A stretch of 64,000 bases of DNA from the human T2T-CHM13v2.0 reference genome, Homo sapiens. The stretch lies in the NCBI RefSeq assembly GCF_009914755.1, contig NC_060925.1; one strand, written 5' to 3'. The notes beneath the pieces were generated by a model that made no database searches, was not told the DNA's origin, and worked only from the letters and a program-made list of their open reading frames with translations. This document shows, piece by piece, positions 1 through 13,622 of the stretch. The translations under genes were made by a program, and so were the position numbers. The number at the start of each line of letters is the position of its first letter. Position 1 is the first letter of the stretch.

Positions 1-832
1 GTGATTTATCAGAACAATATCTGTGTAGAAAATTACAATTAGTGAAAGAATATTGGAGAGGAGAAGAGCATAACATCAACAACAGCTTTCTCTGTTACAT
101 GAAATATAGCATTAGAAATTTTAATTACAGTGGTCACAAATGTTCAGAACATAGCTTAGCGGTGAACCATATTTTGATATACAGAAGATACACTGTTTAG
201 TAAGAAGCAAAATAGTTGGTCAAACAACATTTTAAACAAAGATGTCAACATTAACTAATAAAATTATTTCATAAAGATAAGCCAGAAAGAGGATATGCAC
301 AAGTTGCTATCAGCAGTTTTAGATCTGATGATTCTACTGAAGCTATGACACCTAGTTTCCTAGATCATTAATCCAACAGCATATCCAGGGAATTCTGGAG
401 AGGATGAAGCATTACAAATAGTGTTTCCTTTAGGTGTTATTTGTGCTTGCAGCAGGAAAAGAAGCATTTCCTATTCTTTGTTTCTTCCATTGCCATACTC
501 TTTCCTTCTCCCTTCTCATTCAATCCATCAAGTGCCCCTTCTTACCAACTAGCTTATTGAAATTTGAAATCGATTTTGTAGCAAGGCATGGTGTCCATTC
601 TCGGCATCTAAATACTTATAAAACTATCCATCAAACTATGGTAGTTGAGTAAAATATCTTCTCTGATCTGGAAAGTATGCTTTCCACTATTCTTAAACTT
701 TAAGTGCTACTAGTTTAGGAGATAGGTAGCAAAAAGGAAAGGAGGACTATGAATAATTTCTAAGTATCTATCTTCTCCTCTCTCACATTGGTTTTTGATT
801 AGGCATGAATGAATATGTTATATTTTTATTTG

Positions 833-2103
833 TCTGTCTTAGAACTCTTTGGATTGCAGTGTCAGAAATTCAACTTGAACTACGTTAGGCAATAAGAGTT
901 TATATAATAGGAAAGGGCAATGTATAGGTAGAATAGACTGGAATTAGAGACCGGGCACCTCTTTCTCTATTTATCTCCTTTTATCTATGTGCCTTTATCT
1001 TTCAAACAAGAAATCTCAAAATATATACCTTTTTTCCCAAAACATACAGCCAGGGAATCTTTGAGCGCACAACTTTAATTTTGCTACCAAAAATAAAAGA
1101 GACTTTTACTGCCAAGTTTCAGGTTAAAAAAAATATCGCCTCATACCTGTCAAAATAGCTATTATCAAAAAGATGAAAGATAAGTGTTGGTGAGGATGTG
1201 AAGAAAAGAGAACCCTTGTACACTGTTGGTAGACATGTAAATTAGCCAACATGAAAAACTGTATGGAGGTTCCTCAGAAACTAAAAACAGAACTACCATC
1301 TGATCCAGCAATCCTACTGCTGAGTATATATCCAAAGAAAATGAAATCAGTATTTCAAAAAGAAGATGTCTGCACTCTCATGTTCATTGCTGCGCTATTC
1401 ACAATAGCCAAGATATGGACTCAACCTCAGTGTCTACCAGCAGACAAATGGATAAAGAAAATGTGGTAATATGCACACTGGCATACCATTCAGCCTTAAA
1501 GAAGAAGGAAATTCTGTCATTTCCTGGAGGACATTATGTTAAGTGAATTAAGGCAGGCAAGAGAGGACAAATACTGCATGATCTCACTTATGTTGAACTT
1601 ATAAGAGTTGTTCTCATAAAAGCAGAGAGTATTATTATGGTTACCAGAGGCCAGGATCTGGGGAAGACGGATGGATGTGTTAATTAGCTTGACTGCATTA
1701 TTTTAAATTTATACATATATCATAATATCATAGTGTATCCTATGCATACATGTAGTATTTGTGTATATATATATACACAATTATAATTTACCACTTAAAA
1801 ACAAAAACAAAGTATAAAATAATATTCCAGAGAATACTTAAATGGCTTGATTGAAGTGACAGACTCCTGAATTAATCTTTATGGCCAGTAGTGGTCAAGT
1901 GAAATGATTTGCCTAGCCTGAGCCTGAAGCTAACACCTAGGCCAATCCCTGAAGGTACAGAGATAAAATTTTATAAAAGAATGGCCACTGCCACTCAGAC
2001 AGTATCCTTAGCTTGAGATGAGATGCAAAATCTTAAAACAAGATGCTGTTCCAAAAATAAGAAAAAAACATTTTGTCAGGGTAAACAATAATGTTTCACT
2101 ACA
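833..2103 (-). mobile_element. Old MaLR solo LTR (MLT1K/L-like), split by an L1MA insertion
   Basis: Starts tgtcttagaactctttggattgcagtgtcagaaattcaacttgaactac and ends gatgctgttcc...atgtttcactaca, resembling reverse-strand MLT1J-L termini as remembered. Confidence 0.55.
1133..1820 (+). mobile_element. L1MA-type 3' end fragment (ORF2 C-terminus and 3'UTR)
   Basis: aagtgttggtgaggatgtgaagaaaagagaacccttgtacactgttggt; ORF 1251-1469 (LKTELPSDPAILLL...MFIAALFTIAKIW) is the L1 ORF2 tail. Confidence 0.9.
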
Positions 2104-2894
2104 CAACCTGTATTAAAATCAAAGCCACCTTCTAGCCATTTCCTTTGTCCATGATTTCCTTAAGCTTACCTCTTTAGAGTATAAAGAATAAGAAAAAACT
2201 CATAGAATGTAAACACATTCTTTAACATACTCCTATTTATGTATAAGATAGAGATTTTAAAACTCAGAAAACACAAATTTAAATAACTGAATTATAAGTG
2301 AGAATTTAATAATTCTCACAATATTATCATATTTTCTAAGTAAATATAACTTTTATAAACTTAATAAAATACCATTGTTTTTATTAGTAAAACAAAGAAA
2401 TCATATATAGTGTTATATAACATATGAGTACTTGTACAAATAAAATGACTACATTAATCTAAATAAATGGGATAAAGCAAAATGGTATTTTTATTTCTAT
2501 TATTTCTTATTGTCACTGTAGAACTGTCCTCTGATTTGAGATTTCTTGAGTATTTTCAACAACAACAAAAACAGTTTAACAAAACTGTCTTTTCTTTTTT
2601 CCCTGAAGCTATAGCTGTTTTTAGTTGAGCTTTCTTTGTGAAACTAAATTTAGACAGGCCCTGAGAGATGTTCACTTAATATCCTTCTGTAAAATGTTAA
2701 GGATTACATGTTATTCTGAGTTTTGGATCAATCGCTTTCTTCAACTAATGTGTCATTCTATATTTATTAGTTTATAAAACTCATCTCTAAAGCATTAATT
2801 ATTCCAAATTACAAATGAGACTTTGTAAAAATTTTACAAAAAGTCTGTACCAGAAATAGACAAATAATGTCATGATTAATAAGGTAGTTATATT

Positions 2895-3204
2895 ATTATT
2901 ATTATTATTTTTTTTTTTTTTCTGAGACAAGCATCTCACTCTGTCACCCAGGCTGGAGTGCAGTGGCGTGATCTCGGCTAACTGCAACCTCCACCTCCCA
3001 GGTTCAAGGGTTCAAGTGATTCTCCTGTCTCAGTCTACCAAGTTGCTGGGACTACAGGCATGTGCTGCCACACCCAGTTAATTTTTGTATTTTTAGTGAG
3101 ATGGGGTTTCTCCATGCTGACCAGGCTGGTCTGACCTCAGGTGATCCACCAGCCTCAGCCTCCCAAAGTGCTGGGATTATAGGCATGAACCACAAAACCT
3201 GGCC
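2895..3204 (-). mobile_element. AluS (Sx-like)
   Basis: Full dimer on the minus strand with (TAT)n/T tail; gacctcaggtgatcc; near-TSD aggtagttatatt (2882-2894) / aggtgtttatatt (3205-3217). Confidence 0.95.
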
Positions 3205-3508
3205 AGGTGTTTATATTAAAATTTTAAGAGAAACTTGTTAGAGGAGAGCCAGTCCTTTTTTTTTCACTCCCCCTTCCATGTCCTCTTTCTTTCTTCCTAT
3301 TCCTCTTTTGCCTAAACCCACACACACAGGTATGTACACAGGAACAATTTTGAAAGTGAAGAAAATGAAGATTTTCTGGTGGGTTTTCTTCAAGTTAACA
3401 TTTTTAAGTGGAATTAGTGGGAATATCTTTTTCAGGCCAAAGGAAAAAAACATCCCACTCTACCATGTAATAGCCATGAAAGTAACTTCAGTCTATAGAG
3501 CACTGACA

Positions 3509-3829
3509 GGCTGGGAGCAGTGGCTCGTGTCTGTAATCCCAGCACTTTGGGAAGCCAAGGCAGGCAGATCGCTTGAGCCCAGGTGTTCGAGACAAGCCTG
3601 GGCAACAAGGCAAAAACCTGTCTCTGCAAAAATTAAAAAATAAAAAATTAATTCGCCAGGTGTGGTGGCTTGCGCCTGTAGTCCTAGCTACTCAGGAGGC
3701 TGAGGTGGGAGGATCACTTGAGTTCAAGAGGCAGAGGCTGCAGTGAGCTGAGATCACCCCACTGCACTCCAGCCTAGGAGACAGAGAGAGACCCTGTCTT
3801 CAAAAGAGAGAAAACAAACAAACAAAAAC
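3509..3829 (+). mobile_element. AluJ
   Basis: gcttgagcccagg, ctgggcaac and ggaggatcacttgag are J-type features; A-rich/(CAAA)n tail. Confidence 0.93.
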
Positions 3830-5149
3830 TAAGAAACTAGAATGTGCGTACAAAAAGTAACTGCAAATTTGGTGAAGGTTTTGGAAACTTTATCAAATGC
3901 ATAGTAGCTAAAATAATTAGCGTGAACCAGAAAATGATGGGAGACAACCATAAGAAAGAAGATATAACAATTTTTAAATTTAATATCATAAGAAAAATGT
4001 ATTAATTATTTTCTCCATACAAAAAATCATGATAATTAGTTGGAAAATTCAAGGAGTCAGATATCCATACATATTCAATAGCTCATTATCAGCAAAGGAT
4101 ATTAAATGTTGTTGAACAAAATTCTTACAATGTCTGTATTAGGAAAGCATCAGATGTAAATCAGATCTTTCAAAATCATATTTTTATGTCTTTTAGCTAT
4201 CTTTTTGTGAAAAATCAGCAAGATGTAACTTTCAGCACATTCTATTAGATATCAACCTACTGGACTTTAAAAGCTTAATAAACAATTTATTACACTATAT
4301 ATTAATTTAATAGTGGCTATATTGCTCTATAGCATTTCAATTCTGATTTTAAGTTAATTGTCTATTATAAGATATTTTGCCTCAGGCTGAACTTAGTGTA
4401 TAATCTTATAATTTAGGAATTAAGTATATTGTCTCCACTGAATTCTTCTTTATGGTTTTGAATATTATTTCGGCTTCTGAACTTTTACAAGATTCAACAG
4501 GTTAATGAAGTATAAATTCTCCAATGGTTCTCTTTATGCAAATAGTGCTTTTTCTGAAAAGGTTTTTATGTGATACAGAATTTATGCCAAACTCTCCATT
4601 AAATGGATCTATACTGATGAGCCTTTCCTTCTGACCCACTGTTTTTAACACAAAATTATGTCTGACACTTCCTAATGCTTGAGAATCTTTTCCAAATTTA
4701 GTGAACTTTAATAAATGTCAGTTAAAGGTTCACTGACAAATGGGAGGTGAGTAGAAAGACAAATGAAAGACTTAACACACTAATGTTCTGTGGAAAATGA
4801 GTAAGATATCGCTTGAAACCACCATATTGAAAGAAATAATAAAAGTATGTGATCATTAATACCAGTTTTGGGAGTTTACAGTAAATCAGGAAATTTAAAT
4901 CTAGATTTCCTTACACTCAGTACTATATATTATTTCAATTAGATGCCTATAGAAAATGTGTACCTCTTTAAAACATCTTTTATAAAATTCTAAGTATATT
5001 TCCTAAGTGTTCAGAAATCTTTCTCCTGTTTTAGATAGTTCTGTGTTCCTCCACAGCGCTCAGGGCTCATACCTGCACTCAAATATTTTTTGAATGAAGG
5101 AATAAATGCTTCTTTTATATCAGTTAGTTTTTAATTGACATGAATCTAT

Positions 5150-5400
5150 ATTTCAGGCCTTTCCTTAAATATCACTTTTTCAATGATAATATTTGAAGTT
5201 TTGCCAACTCATTCTTATTGTTTTCCCTGATTTATTTTTATAGCAATTATTATCATTTAACACACTGTAAGTTCTTCTTATTTGTCCATTGTTTGTCTCC
5301 CTCAGCTGGAATGTAAAAGCTCCATATGGACAGGGATTTGTGTTGTATTGTCTGCAGTAATACTAGTGTCTGGCACATGATAGGTATTCAAAATGGAATC
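5150..5400 (+). mobile_element. L2 3' end fragment
   Basis: gaatgtaaaagctccatatggacagggatttg...gtgtctggcacatgataggtattcaa matches the L2 3' terminal motif. Confidence 0.7.
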
Positions 5401-5619
5401 TGGAATGAGCAGCTAAATGTAAGCTTTATCATTCTTGAAATTCAGAAGCTTTTGGGGTGATGCTAAGCCAGAAAAAGAGGTAATCTTTCAAATGTTTGTC
5501 CTTGCAAGTCCTATGTTGATTTTCAATGAGCAACAGAGCAAATTCATTTGTTTACAATTGTAGCTGAAACAACCAAGTTTGCTTATGTGACATGTTTACA
5601 GTTTGATGTAACTGTAGAT

Positions 5620-6080
5620 ATCAGAGGCTAACATTTCTTCTGTGGTCCTTGTTTTTGTATTCACTGTTGTTTTTGGGTTTCCTTAAGGACTTCTTCCTAA
5701 ATAAAGTCTTAGATGTGCAGTCCTTTAAATTCCATTAACCTGTTATTATACAAGACCCCTACTAATTTGAGTGTAAGGTGTGGGATAGCCTTATGCTTTG
5801 TTCTCAATGTTTTAGTTAGTCTGTGCTCCTGGGCTTTGACCTTCATAAATGCTTCTCAGTGCCCTCTTTTCCCCACTGTTAGATGAGACAGAAAGGTTAC
5901 AGCAGGCTATTGGTATTTCCTTTTCCCTTTGGTCTTGAATAAAACCCCACATGGTAGGCTCTGCCAAAATAGGCTATGAGGGTAGGCCTTGTTAAGAAGA
6001 ACACAACGCTCTGGGTGTATTTCAGAATGGCTGTTTTTCCCTCCCCTTTCCAGAGCAGGAAGGAATTTTTCTCTGAGCTA
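5620..6080 (-). mobile_element. Old L1M 5'-region fragment
   Basis: gtaggccttgttaagaagaacacaacgctctgggtgtatttcagaatgg resembles an ancient L1M/L1MC 5' region; subfamily uncertain. Confidence 0.5.
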
Positions 6081-7505
6081 ATTTGATGTGGAAGAATCAA
6101 AAATTAAAAGAACAAACAGCCATCCAATACAAACAATCTAACAGTAGCTATAAATATTACTAGAGTTACATCAATCTCAATATAAAGATATTAGAATGCT
6201 ATATCTCTCTAAATTTGTGTGCATACATGGAACATCAAAAATCTACAGACGCTCATGGTGTAAGAGCACATAAAAGTATCCCTTTGCCCTTTCTGGCACC
6301 TATTGGGATTCTATCAAAGAAACATGGAGAAAAGAAAAGTTCAGAAGCTGCTCTCAAGTAGAAATATCACCGATAGCTACATGTTTACATACAAGAACCT
6401 TCGGCTGAGATTCTAAGGGCTTTTGAAGTTTAGTCAAGTTATTTTTCGCTGTGAGTTCTTTGTCTGCTGTTACTTTAAATGATTTCCTTCCAATGCTTTG
6501 TCTTTTTTGCCATAAATAGTATATTGTCAAAATTTACTCGATAAATATTAGCAATATCTGACCTATGTGAAAAATAAGTTATGTATAAAAACTTTAATGC
6601 TTGAATTTTGAGTAAACTATTCAGAATCAACTTCATTCCCCCTCTTTAATCAAGAGAAAAATCAATATATTTCTAAGAACAGTTAATGAAACATTATTGT
6701 TTTGTGAAGTTTTATGAGGAAACACCAAATAATGTTTTAAATGGATATAAAAATCTTAAACTATTCCTTCAACAACTAAACATTTTTTTCTCAGGTCATT
6801 AAACAGTTGTTATGTTTGGGAACCCAGTATTTTCTATAATTAAAGTTTTGTAATGTCAAATGACTCTTCTAGAAAGTCAACTGGAGACCTTCCTTGTCAG
6901 GCCATTAATTTTAAAGTAAAGTTGTCTAAACAGGAAATTGAAGGAAAAAAGTAGTGGCTTGGAACTAAACATTTTGATATTATGAATCAGCAGTAGGTGG
7001 AAGGATGGAGAGGTCCAAGATGTAAAATTATAGAATATTAATGATGCAGTATTTTCATTTTTTAATAAAACCAATATGATTGCTTTTTCAATAAAAGAGC
7101 CCGAAATAGAATTTCTTCCACCTTAGGCAGGTATAATAAAATATTTCTACTAGTTCCTTTTCTACATTATTTCAATAATTTTGTCATTAGAACCAAACAC
7201 CATTGTTGGCAGCTACTTCCATTTGCCACAATGTACTCTTCTTCAAAAAACAGGAGATAGCATGACCATACCAACATGCAACCTTAAAAGACACTTTTAA
7301 AAACTTCATATCCAAATATAATTCATAAATATAATATTAATAATGAGGACATGATTGTCTTCTCCATAAATAAAGGGCCCATCATTAAATGCAAGCAGCT
7401 CTAATAGTCCCTAAAACACTTCACAATAGGTTTAAAAATCCATTTGTCATCATAAAAAATGGATTTCAAAAAAATGGTATTCTTTCCTTGTCAAGTGAAA
7501 CATAT

Positions 7506-8296
7506 TGTAATCGTTTCCTGTTGTTGCTGTTAACAATTTACCACAAATTCAGTGGCTTAAAACAACACAAACATTGCAGTTATGAAGTCACAAGTCTGAA
7601 ATGGGTCTCACTGGGCTAAAATCAAGGTGTTCGCAGATTTGCATTCCTTCTGGAGGCTCTGAGACGGAATCTGTTTCCTTGTGTTTTTCAGCTTTTAGAG
7701 GCTGCCCACCTTATTTGGCTCATGACCCTTCCTCCCCTTTTAAAGCCAGACATGTTGAACCACGTCTTTCCATATTGCCATCTCTCTGGTTCTCTCTGGT
7801 TCTTTCTCTTCTATGTCTCTCTTCCCTTGTGATTAACTTGTGCCCACCTGAATAATCCAGGAGAATTCACGGACCATCCCAAGGTCAAGTTTTTTCATTT
7901 TTATTTTATTTATTTATTTTTTATTGAGACAGGGTCTCATTTTGTCACCCAGGCTGGAGTGTAGTGGCATGGTCTTGGCTCACTGCAGCCTGGACCTCCT
8001 GCACTCAAGCAATCCTCTCACCTCAGTCTCACAAGTAGCTGGGACTACAGGTGTGTGCCAGCACACCTGGCTAATTTTTTGAATTTTTTATAGAGACAGG
8101 GTTTTGCCATGTTGCCCAGAATGGTCTCAAACTCCTGAGTTCAAGCGATCTGCTAGCCTGGGCCTTCTAAAGTGCTAGGATTACAGGCATGAGCCACCAC
8201 ACCAGCCTGAAGGTCAAATTGTTAGCAATCTTATTTTCATCTGCTGCTTTTGCTAGGAAAATTAATATATTCATATTCACATGTTCCAGGGATTAA
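7506..8296 (-). mobile_element. MLT1D-like MaLR solo LTR, interrupted by AluJ
   Basis: ccacaaattcagtggcttaaaacaacac...aatgggtctcactgggctaaaatcaaggtgt; LTR sequence resumes after the Alu (ttagcaatctt...atattcacatgttccagggattaa). Confidence 0.85.
7889..8207 (-). mobile_element. AluJ inserted in the MLT1D-like LTR
   Basis: gcagcctggacctcctgcactcaagcaatcctc (J-type); TSD aaggtcaa at 7881-7888 and 8210-8217. Confidence 0.93.
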
Positions 8297-8450
8297 ATTT
8301 ATTTTAATGCAGTGCAATTTAATGTTGGATTATCACCTCGAATGAAACAATCATAAACATGTTCTTTAGAATAAGCGTTTGAAAAGTTAATTTTTTAAAG
8401 AAAAAGTCTACAGTAATGAACTAGACTTTCCCTCCTCACTTTTTAAGCTA

Positions 8451-8865
<415 letters not shown>

Positions 8866-9074
8866 GATAGTGGCAATGCTAATAAAGTTGTAACTTCCTG
8901 GAATGCTTATAATAATCAAACTACTTTCTCATTTTCTCATTTTGTTTCACAACAATCTTCTAACATGGACATCCCAATCGTTTGTTTTTTTTAAAAAAAC
9001 TGTCAATTTTATTTATGCTTTTAAATTTACTGGTATGAAGATGTAAATTTCATTATCTTGCAACTTTCTTAACG

Positions 9075-9452
9075 TAGACTGTTTTTTAGAGAAGTTTTAG
9101 GTTCACAGCCAAACTGAGTGGAAAGTACAGAAGTCCCATATGCCGCTTTCCCCTATACATGCACAGTCTCTTTTACTATCAATATTCCCCACCAGAGTGG
9201 TGCATTTGCTACAATGAATGAACCTACATTGACCTACCGTTATCACCCAAAGTTCATAATTTATATTAGGGCTTTCTCTTGGAGTTGGAGATTCTATATG
9301 TTTGGATAAATGTATAATGACATGTATCCACCATTATAGTATTATAGAGCAGGGAAATTGCTTTAAAATTCCTCTGTGTGCTGTCTATTCATTTCTTTCT
9401 CCCCTCCAACTCTGAGTAAACATTGATCCTTTTACTGTCTCCAGAGTTTTGC
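9075..9452 (-). mobile_element. L1MC1/2-like 3' end
   Basis: ttttaggttcacagccaaactgagtggaaagtacag...ccaccagagtggtgcatttgctacaatgaatgaacctacattgac...atcacccaaag. Confidence 0.8.
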
Positions 9453-9854
9453 TACTTTAGGCATTTTTAAATTCTGTTTTACACGTAAGTTAACTGAGAC
9501 CTGAGTGATTCACTGATATTCATCAAGTCACTTAGCAAGCCTCATGTCTGGATTTGAATTAGAACAAAGACCCCACATTACTCTTTCCAAATAATGTTAT
9601 AAGCTTGCATCCTAATGTTAATGGGCCAAAAGAGCAGGAAGTTATTTCTTATAAAATTAAAAAAAATTTAAAAAAAATTTTCGGCTTTATGCCTCTATAA
9701 CATTGTATTATCACAATCTAAGGGAGGCAACGAAGGATAGTAAAAACAAAAACAAAAAACACAGAATTAGAAGTCAAGTGTTCACTCAGCTTTGACAAGT
9801 TGTTTAAACTCTCTGAGACTTAGTCATTTTATCTATAATGTGTATGATATTTTC

Positions 9855-10025
9855 TTTTTATTTTATTTTATTTTATTATTATTATACTTTAAGTTTTAGG
9901 GTACATGTGCACAATGAGCAGGTTAGTTACATATGTATACATGTGCCATGCTGGTGTGCTGCACCCATTAACTCGTCATTTAGCATTAGCTGTATCTCCT
10001 AATGCTATCCCTCCCCCCTTCCCCC
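9855..10025 (-). mobile_element. Young, heavily 5'-truncated L1PA2/PA3-like 3' end (~170 bp)
   Basis: attatactttaagttttagggtacatgtgcacaat...ggttagttac...ctcctaatgctatccctccccc; perfect TSD GATATTTTC at 9846-9854 and 10026-10034. Confidence 0.93.
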
Positions 10026-11214
10026 GATATTTTCAATCAACCAAAACTGTGTAGATTAGACACAGATATGGTGCATTTTAAATTATCTTGCAAATTATAA
10101 AGTTCTTTTAAATATAACAGATCATTAGATTATTAGCTGTGGATGCTCATCTACCCATCAACAACAGATGAAGATAGTTTATAAGTGGATTCAGGTTATG
10201 CTTACAAATTTTCCAGAAGCTATCATCCAAAATTAACCTACAGAGAAGGTAAGTCATATCTAGAAGTTATCACTGGTCTCCAGATTCCAATTAATGTTCT
10301 ATCAATCCTGATTTTTCCTCTACTTATGATAGTGATAAATTTAAGAGTCTAATTGGGCTTTCACATGTGGTTTTCAAAAGTCACTTAAATGCAAAATGTT
10401 CGCCCTTCCTCTTTAAAAAAATCTAAAATTGCTACTAGTGCAATGACTACAATGGCATCACGATTGCATTGAGGTGTCTAGGAAACAGTTCCATTAGTCA
10501 AAGGGCTGAGGTAAAAGTGATGATTTATGTTGGAAAATAAAATTAGGTGTATGTTTCAAGCATGTGTTTAAACTAGGGGTAAATTAAAAAAAAAACACAT
10601 GTGAACACAAGTACCAATATTCTCCATCTGTAAGAAAATTATTAATAATAATTTTAGAAGTATTACAGAACCAGACAGCAAAATTTGGAATCACAGCTGC
10701 TTTTCCACAAACGGTTTCTTATGTTTTTAAAACTGGCATATTCCACAAACTCCACAGCTTAAACTAGCCTTGCATTGAGGCATGGACATTATAAATAAAA
10801 CTATTTTATGTCAGTGGTTTGAATGTAAGTATGTAGCTTTTAAATCTGCATAATGTCAGGGAAGTGAAGACTTATAAACACTGTAAGATACTTTGCAAGC
10901 CTTAGAAGACAGCTAAAATTCAGAACTGAATGACTCTTTTATGAAGACTTTCTCAGAAAGCAATACAAATTGCACTAGTACTGAATTATAAAGTTTTTTT
11001 GGAAATTAATAGGAAAGTTAATACAACACATTTCCATAAGTCAGTCATCTTTTTTCCTATGATATTTTTTGCACAGTTCTAGCAATGGTATGTAGAATTT
11101 TACGCAAAATTTTGTATGTTGATTTTTCTTACCTCAGAGGATGTCACAAACTTTTCTCTGTGACTATATAACTTTTTGTAAGAGTTTTAAAATGTTTACA
11201 ATTATATTAATTTA

Positions 11215-11830
11215 ACATTTATTTGTTCAAAGCATTCATAGACCAATCACTGTGCTAATGTTTTACCAGGAGCCAGAGATACACAATCTTAAGACTTTGC
11301 CATCAATATATTCAAACTCTAATGGAGAAGAATACCAAAATGGATAATTAAAATGCAAGGTAGTCGATGAAATATAGACACACATTATTATGAGGGTCCA
11401 GAGAAGGACTAAATCTAGCTCCAGAAGGATGTCACACTCACTGATCTAATTGTTCATGGATGAATAAAAGTTAATCAATGTTAGCACTGGATGAGTATTC
11501 TCAGGTACAGGAGACTTGGATAATGAAAGTGGCTTAATGAAAACAGCCTGGAATTGTATGAGGGGAAACAAACAAACAAACAAACAAAACCACTGTGGGA
11601 TGGCTAGGATACAAAATGGAAGGTAGAGTGGTGAGAAATGAGCTTGCATTTGTAAGCAGGAACAAATCATGGGAAGCCTCTATGCCTCGATAAGGTATAT
11701 ATGCCAGGGGAGATCAATGCCCGGTTTTAATTAGGGAAATGAAATGGCCAGATGTAGATAGCTTATATTAGTGGCTACAAAATAGGAGCTGGATTTCAGT
11801 GGAAAAGGAATCAAAATCTGGGAATAGTAA
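11215..11830 (-). mobile_element. L2 fragments
   Basis: Begins atttgttcaaagcattcatagacc...tgtgcta; purine-rich decayed L2-like body. Confidence 0.5.
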
Positions 11831-11851
11831 GGAGTCAGTTTCAAGATAAAT

Positions 11852-11893
11852 TCAGATGAGATCGAGCGCGTTCAGGGTTGTATGGCCATAGAC
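11852..11893 (-). pseudogene. 3'-truncated (tailless) 5S rRNA retropseudogene, 5S nt 1-42
   Basis: Reverse complement GTCTATGGCCATACAACCCTGAACGCGCTCGATCTCATCTGA vs 5S GTCTACGGCCATACCACCCTGAACGCGCCCGATCTCGTCTGA (4 mismatches); TSD tcaagataaattca / tcaagatgaattca. Confidence 0.93.
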
Positions 11894-11974
11894 TCAAGAT
11901 GAATTCAATGAACATTTTCACATAAAATGGAATGACTAAAGAAATAATTATATCATCATCTTCACAATAGTGAA

Positions 11975-12180
11975 AATCTAATATTCATTGTGGACCTATT
12001 ATTTGTCAGAAATCGATCTAAGTGTTGTAGTAGTTATATGATCTTGGTTAACCAAATAAGATAGATACCACTGTTACTACTATTTCACAAATGAAGAAAC
12101 TGAGGCAAGAAGAAGGTATGCAACTTTACTCATGGTATATTTTTAGCAACCGACAGAGTAAGGATTCAAAGCCAGGCACA
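11975..12180 (-). mobile_element. MIR
   Basis: Core tttcacaaatgaagaaactgaggc...ggattcaaagccaggca. Confidence 0.75.
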
Positions 12181-12562
12181 GGTGATATGATGTGATGAGT
12201 AAGGAAGTGGGAAGAATCATGCAAAATGCCTAGTTTCTAGCTAAATTTACCAGAATGCAGTGGCTCCAACTGAGAATCACATATGAGTGGTTTAATGTGT
12301 ATCACAGTTTAACCATTTTCCTATTACTGAACATTTATTTCATTTTTCTAATAATTTATTATAACTAATAGTACATTGAACATCATTGTACATATACAAT
12401 TCCATGTTTTGAATTATCTTCTTTTTATGGAAATTAATACACGTAATTTTAGTCTTCAACAACATATATCAAAGTTCCTCTAAAAAACTTATTCATACTG
12501 CCTATTTTTTAATTTTCTTACATAAAACATTAATATTCTGACCTTTTAGAAAAACAACACCA

Positions 12563-12713
12563 CCATTTAAATGTAATTGTAGAATACATCTTTTTGTTAC
12601 TATTGTTCAAGCCTTCTGAAAATTTCAAAATGCCATTTAAACGTAATTATAGAACACATATTTTGTTTTTGTTTTTTTTTTTTGCTGTTGTTCAAGCCTT
12701 CTAAAAATTTCAA
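12563..12713. repeat. Diverged tandem duplication, ~70-bp unit x2
   Basis: ccatttaaatgtaattgtagaatac...ttgttcaagccttctgaaaatttcaa (12563-12628) repeated at 12633-12713 with an expanded T run. Confidence 0.9.
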
Positions 12714-13524
12714 TACACTCACAGGTTATTTTTACAATGACTAGGGAACACCTCCAACACAGACAGCACAAGGAAGGGCCAATAAGGTCTCCATTGAGAA
12801 GAGCAGAATGACTCAGAGATGAAGCACAGCTGGCTGCTTTTTAGATCCTAAATATGGGTTTTGAAAAAGTCATATGTGTCTAGAATCTCAAGGGCTTACA
12901 AATAGAGGACAATATTAACCTAGTTCTCAGATGTCTTTAAAAGGAGTGTTTATTTAACAGACTACAAAGAATTCATTTTAAACAGTAAAACTGGCAGTCA
13001 AAGATATTAAATTGCATATTTTTCCTTATTTTGTTTTTGTTCTTTTTTTTTAGCAGGATGGGTTTATACTCAAAGGAACAATCTGTCATGTTTAATTGAA
13101 ATAATGACCATTGCATTCCCTATTATTTTATTGACAGTTAATTATAAAAAATCATATATGTTGAATTTGTGACCAATAGCCAGTTGTATTCTGTGAGTTT
13201 TACAGTCAGTCCCTAAACAGAGTATACTACATTTATTGGTCCACTTCTTCTCTGAATGTCACACATTCATTGGCTTGCGGAATTCCAATTAACTCTGTTC
13301 TTAGTGGCACACTGTCACAGCAATTCCCTTGCCCTCTACCTATTCTGCTTGACAGCTCACATAAAAAACTAGGCTAAATTAGGACACCAATGACTCACAG
13401 AGACTTGAGAGGCCTTTTACAGCTCTTAGTGCTTAGACTGTATCTAGGAATTCTATGACATTTCTTTTTCTCCTTTGGTTAGGAGAATCCCTAGCTCTAA
13501 TAATTATTTCAATTAAACATGACT

Positions 13525-13589
13525 AACTAACTTACATTCCCACCAGCAGTGTATAAGCGTTCCCTTTTCTGCAACCTTGCCAGCGTCTG

Positions 13590-13622
<33 letters not shown>

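Noticed and set aside
3278-3643. 121-aa ORF
   Set aside because: Chance frame running into an AluJ; the C-terminus is Alu-derived.
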